IMG/VR virus record: IMGVR_UViG_3300033076_001181
Span: 1-64,000 of that record
DNA: 64,000 nucleotides
Reading direction: 5' to 3' (one strand)
Source: a virus
Taxonomy: Duplodnaviria > Caudoviricetes
Below, one piece after another: positions 62,202 through 64,000 of the stretch. The position numbers were made by a program, and so were the translations under genes. The notes under the pieces are model-generated. The model saw only the letters and a program-made list of their open reading frames with translations, ran no database searches and had not been told where the DNA came from. Positions within the stretch are counted from its first letter, which is position 1. Every line of letters begins with the position of its first letter.

Positions 62202-64000
62202 TTAAAAAGTACCTCCATCTATTACACCAGTTACTGTTAGATCTCCTGTTATTCTAGAACTACCGCTTACATCTAATCTATAAGCTGGTGATGTGGTTCC
62301 TACACCTAAATTACCGCCTGCATTAAAATAGGAATTGGCGTTAGCACTTGCTCCTAAAAATAATCTGTTTGCAGTTCCACTTTGAACAGCATTTGTGATA
62401 TATATATTACCTGTTACACTTTGGTTACCAACTAATGTTAATACTGAAGTGGTTGGAGTAGTGGTTCCTATTAAGACTTTTCCATCAGGAGCTACTATGA
62501 ATGGAGTAGAGTCTGGATTCGCTGAGTCTTCTACTACTATAGCATTACCATTTCCAGTCTGGGTGATTCGTAAAGCGGCGCTGGACGTTAAAGATGAGCT
62601 AACCTCTATTATAGCTCCATTTTCTTGAGTACTTGAAGAAACATGAAGTAAGGCTGAGGGGGTAGTTGTACCTATACCAACATTTCCACTTCCAGAAATG
62701 ACCATTCTAACTTTTTTACCTGTGGCGGTATCATTAGTTATGAAGTAATGTCCTTTATCTAAATAGTTATTTACATAAAGAGCATCATTTCTACTTGCAT
62801 ATAATGCTGTAGATGCTCTATCTAATCCGATCCAATAAGAAGTATTGATACTATATGCATTAGTTCTATCAGACAGTACTAATAAAGGTAATTTAATAGA
62901 TGTATCAGCTGCTGCTACTAAATTAGCATTTGCTGCTGTTCCACCATCAAAAAACATTATTGTATCAGTAGCAGTAGATGAAGAAGCTACAATAGCATAT
63001 TGTGGTGATGATGTTCCTATACCTACTTTACCTGTTGCGTCTATAACAAACGGTGTAGCATCTGGGTTTGTGCTATCTTCTACTGTTAATGCATTTCCGG
63101 TTCCGGTTTGAGTTATGCGTAAAACAGCATCTGATGAGGCAGTATCTATAATAAATGATCCGCTTACTACTTGATTACCAATAAATGTATTAGAACCAGT
63201 AGTTGCTAAACTTGCTGATTTAGATACAAATATAGGATCTGTTTCTCGGTAAAATGAAGCTGTTAACGCTTGTGAAGCACTTTGAGCCCAACTTGCTGTT
63301 CCAAATAATGAACCTGTGAATCCTAATGTAGCATTTAAACTACCTGTTAACCCATATGAACCGGTTAATTGATTAGAATTTATCCATAATCCATCATTAT
63401 TACTTCCACTTCTAACTAATAGTTGTCCTGCTGTGAGTGAAGCAGTATTTATTCTAACATTATGTAATTCGTCTATTTCATAACCATTATCTACTTTAAC
63501 AAAGATTTTGCCTTGGTTTTGTTGTTTATAAACTACATATCCTAATATTATAGTGTGATTAGGAGCTTGAGGTTTAATATTTGTTACTGCTCCAGGAGTT
63601 GTAGGAGATAAATATAATACGTCTCCATCATTCCAAGTTTCACCTTGTAATGTTCCGGTAGTATCTATATCACGAACAAGGCCAAAAGTAGTTATAAATC
63701 CTTCTTGATTAACTGCTATATTTTCTGTGACTAAGCCTAATGTATCAACTGAATTAGTGTCATTATTTGCTTGAGCTAATACTATTGCTAGTCGTTGACC
63801 TTGGGCTCCTCCTTCATCAAATCTACGTATGCGTACTGCTTTATATTGACTTTCTAATAAATCAGCGCCAGTTTTATTAACAACACGTATAACTTGTTCT
63901 TGACCGATTTGTAAAGTAACATTTCCTCCTTTTAAACCTAAGTCTAAAGTACCATCAGTATCATTCCATCTTAAACGACTTGCAGCCCCAGATCCTGAAA
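62202..64000 (-). CDS. long tail fibre protein (5' end beyond the window)
   Basis: frame stays open from 63998 to the stop at 62202; RLRWNDTDGTLDLGL, KVDNGYEIDELHNV, GNVGIGTTTP repeats, ends IDGGTF; ORF track shows only an internal Met start at 62957. Confidence 0.8.
   Translation of the reverse strand, partial: SGSGAASRLRWNDTDGTLDLGLKGGNVTLQIGQEQVIRVVNKTGADLLESQYKAVRIRRFDEGGAQGQRLAIVLAQANNDTNSVDTLGLVTENIAVNQEGFITTFGLVRDIDTTGTLQGETWNDGDVLYLSPTTPGAVTNIKPQAPNHTIILGYVVYKQQNQGKIFVKVDNGYEIDELHNVRINTASLTAGQLLVRSGSNNDGLWINSNQLTGSYGLTGSLNATLGFTGSLFGTASWAQSASQALTASFYRETDPIFVSKSASLATTGSNTFIGNQVVSGSFIIDTASSDAVLRITQTGTGNALTVEDSTNPDATPFVIDATGKVGIGTSSPQYAIVASSSTATDTIMFFDGGTAANANLVAAADTSIKLPLLVLSDRTNAYSINTSYWIGLDRASTALYASRNDALYVNNYLDKGHYFITNDTATGKKVRMVISGSGNVGIGTTTPSALLHVSSSTQENGAIIEVSSSLTSSAALRITQTGNGNAIVVEDSANPDSTPFIVAPDGKVLIGTTTPTTSVLTLVGNQSVTGNIYITNAVQSGTANRLFLGASANANSYFNAGGNLGVGTTSPAYRLDVSGSSRITGDLTVTGVIDGGTF

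Noticed and set aside
222-63111. All plus-strand ORFs in the track (e.g. 4191-4541, 58894-59208, 60181-60420) and minor nested minus-strand ORFs (7908-8141, 44850-45053, 54984-55169)
   Set aside because: They lie antisense to or inside well-supported genes, lack recognisable motifs and promoter motifs, and read as shadows of the coding strand
1-64000. Alternative genetic code or stop-codon readthrough
   Set aside because: Conserved enzymes (ThyA, PolB, NrdA, GroEL, helicase) are full-length in the standard code and genes tile densely using TAA, TAG and TGA stops
58469-64000. Diversity-generating retroelement acting on the fibres
   Set aside because: No reverse transcriptase and no template/variable repeat pair with adenine-specific mismatches seen; repeats are in-frame protein modules
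1-64000. tRNA or rRNA genes
   Set aside because: No cloverleaf-compatible T-loop/D-loop motifs were found and intergenic gaps are almost all too short

Overview
A 64-kb, AT-rich, densely packed segment of a large dsDNA phage genome. Every credible gene lies on the minus strand and no tRNA, rRNA, CRISPR array, intron or transposase was seen. Reading in transcription order (right to left): tail-fibre/virion genes (58.5-64 kb, the last one running off the window); a T4-like replication module (gp32-like SSB, RecA/UvsX, 5'-3' exonuclease, DnaB/gp41 helicase, NrdA/NrdB, family B polymerase, sliding clamp, both clamp-loader subunits) plus a small family A polymerase; a 7-deazaguanine cluster (FolE, QueD, QueE, QueC and a divergent TGT/DpdA-fold protein) interleaved with a purine phosphoribosyltransferase, two thioredoxins and a MazG-like enzyme; GroES/GroEL; an 11-gene glycosylation island; many small accessory genes; ThyA; a lysis-like set; an RNA ligase/kinase/phosphoesterase cluster; and a DNA ligase. 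A Bacteroidota host is inferred from 18 copies of a TTTGGC-N18-TATATT(T)A promoter matching the Bacteroidota -33/-7 consensus, the absence of Shine-Dalgarno motifs, and a T9SS-type C-terminal sorting domain. Seven of those promoters contain a GGCC-N4-GGCC hairpin with compensatory changes, and a second motif (ATATTTAT) sits just upstream of late-looking genes. All protein calls come from motif recognition by eye; no database search was run.
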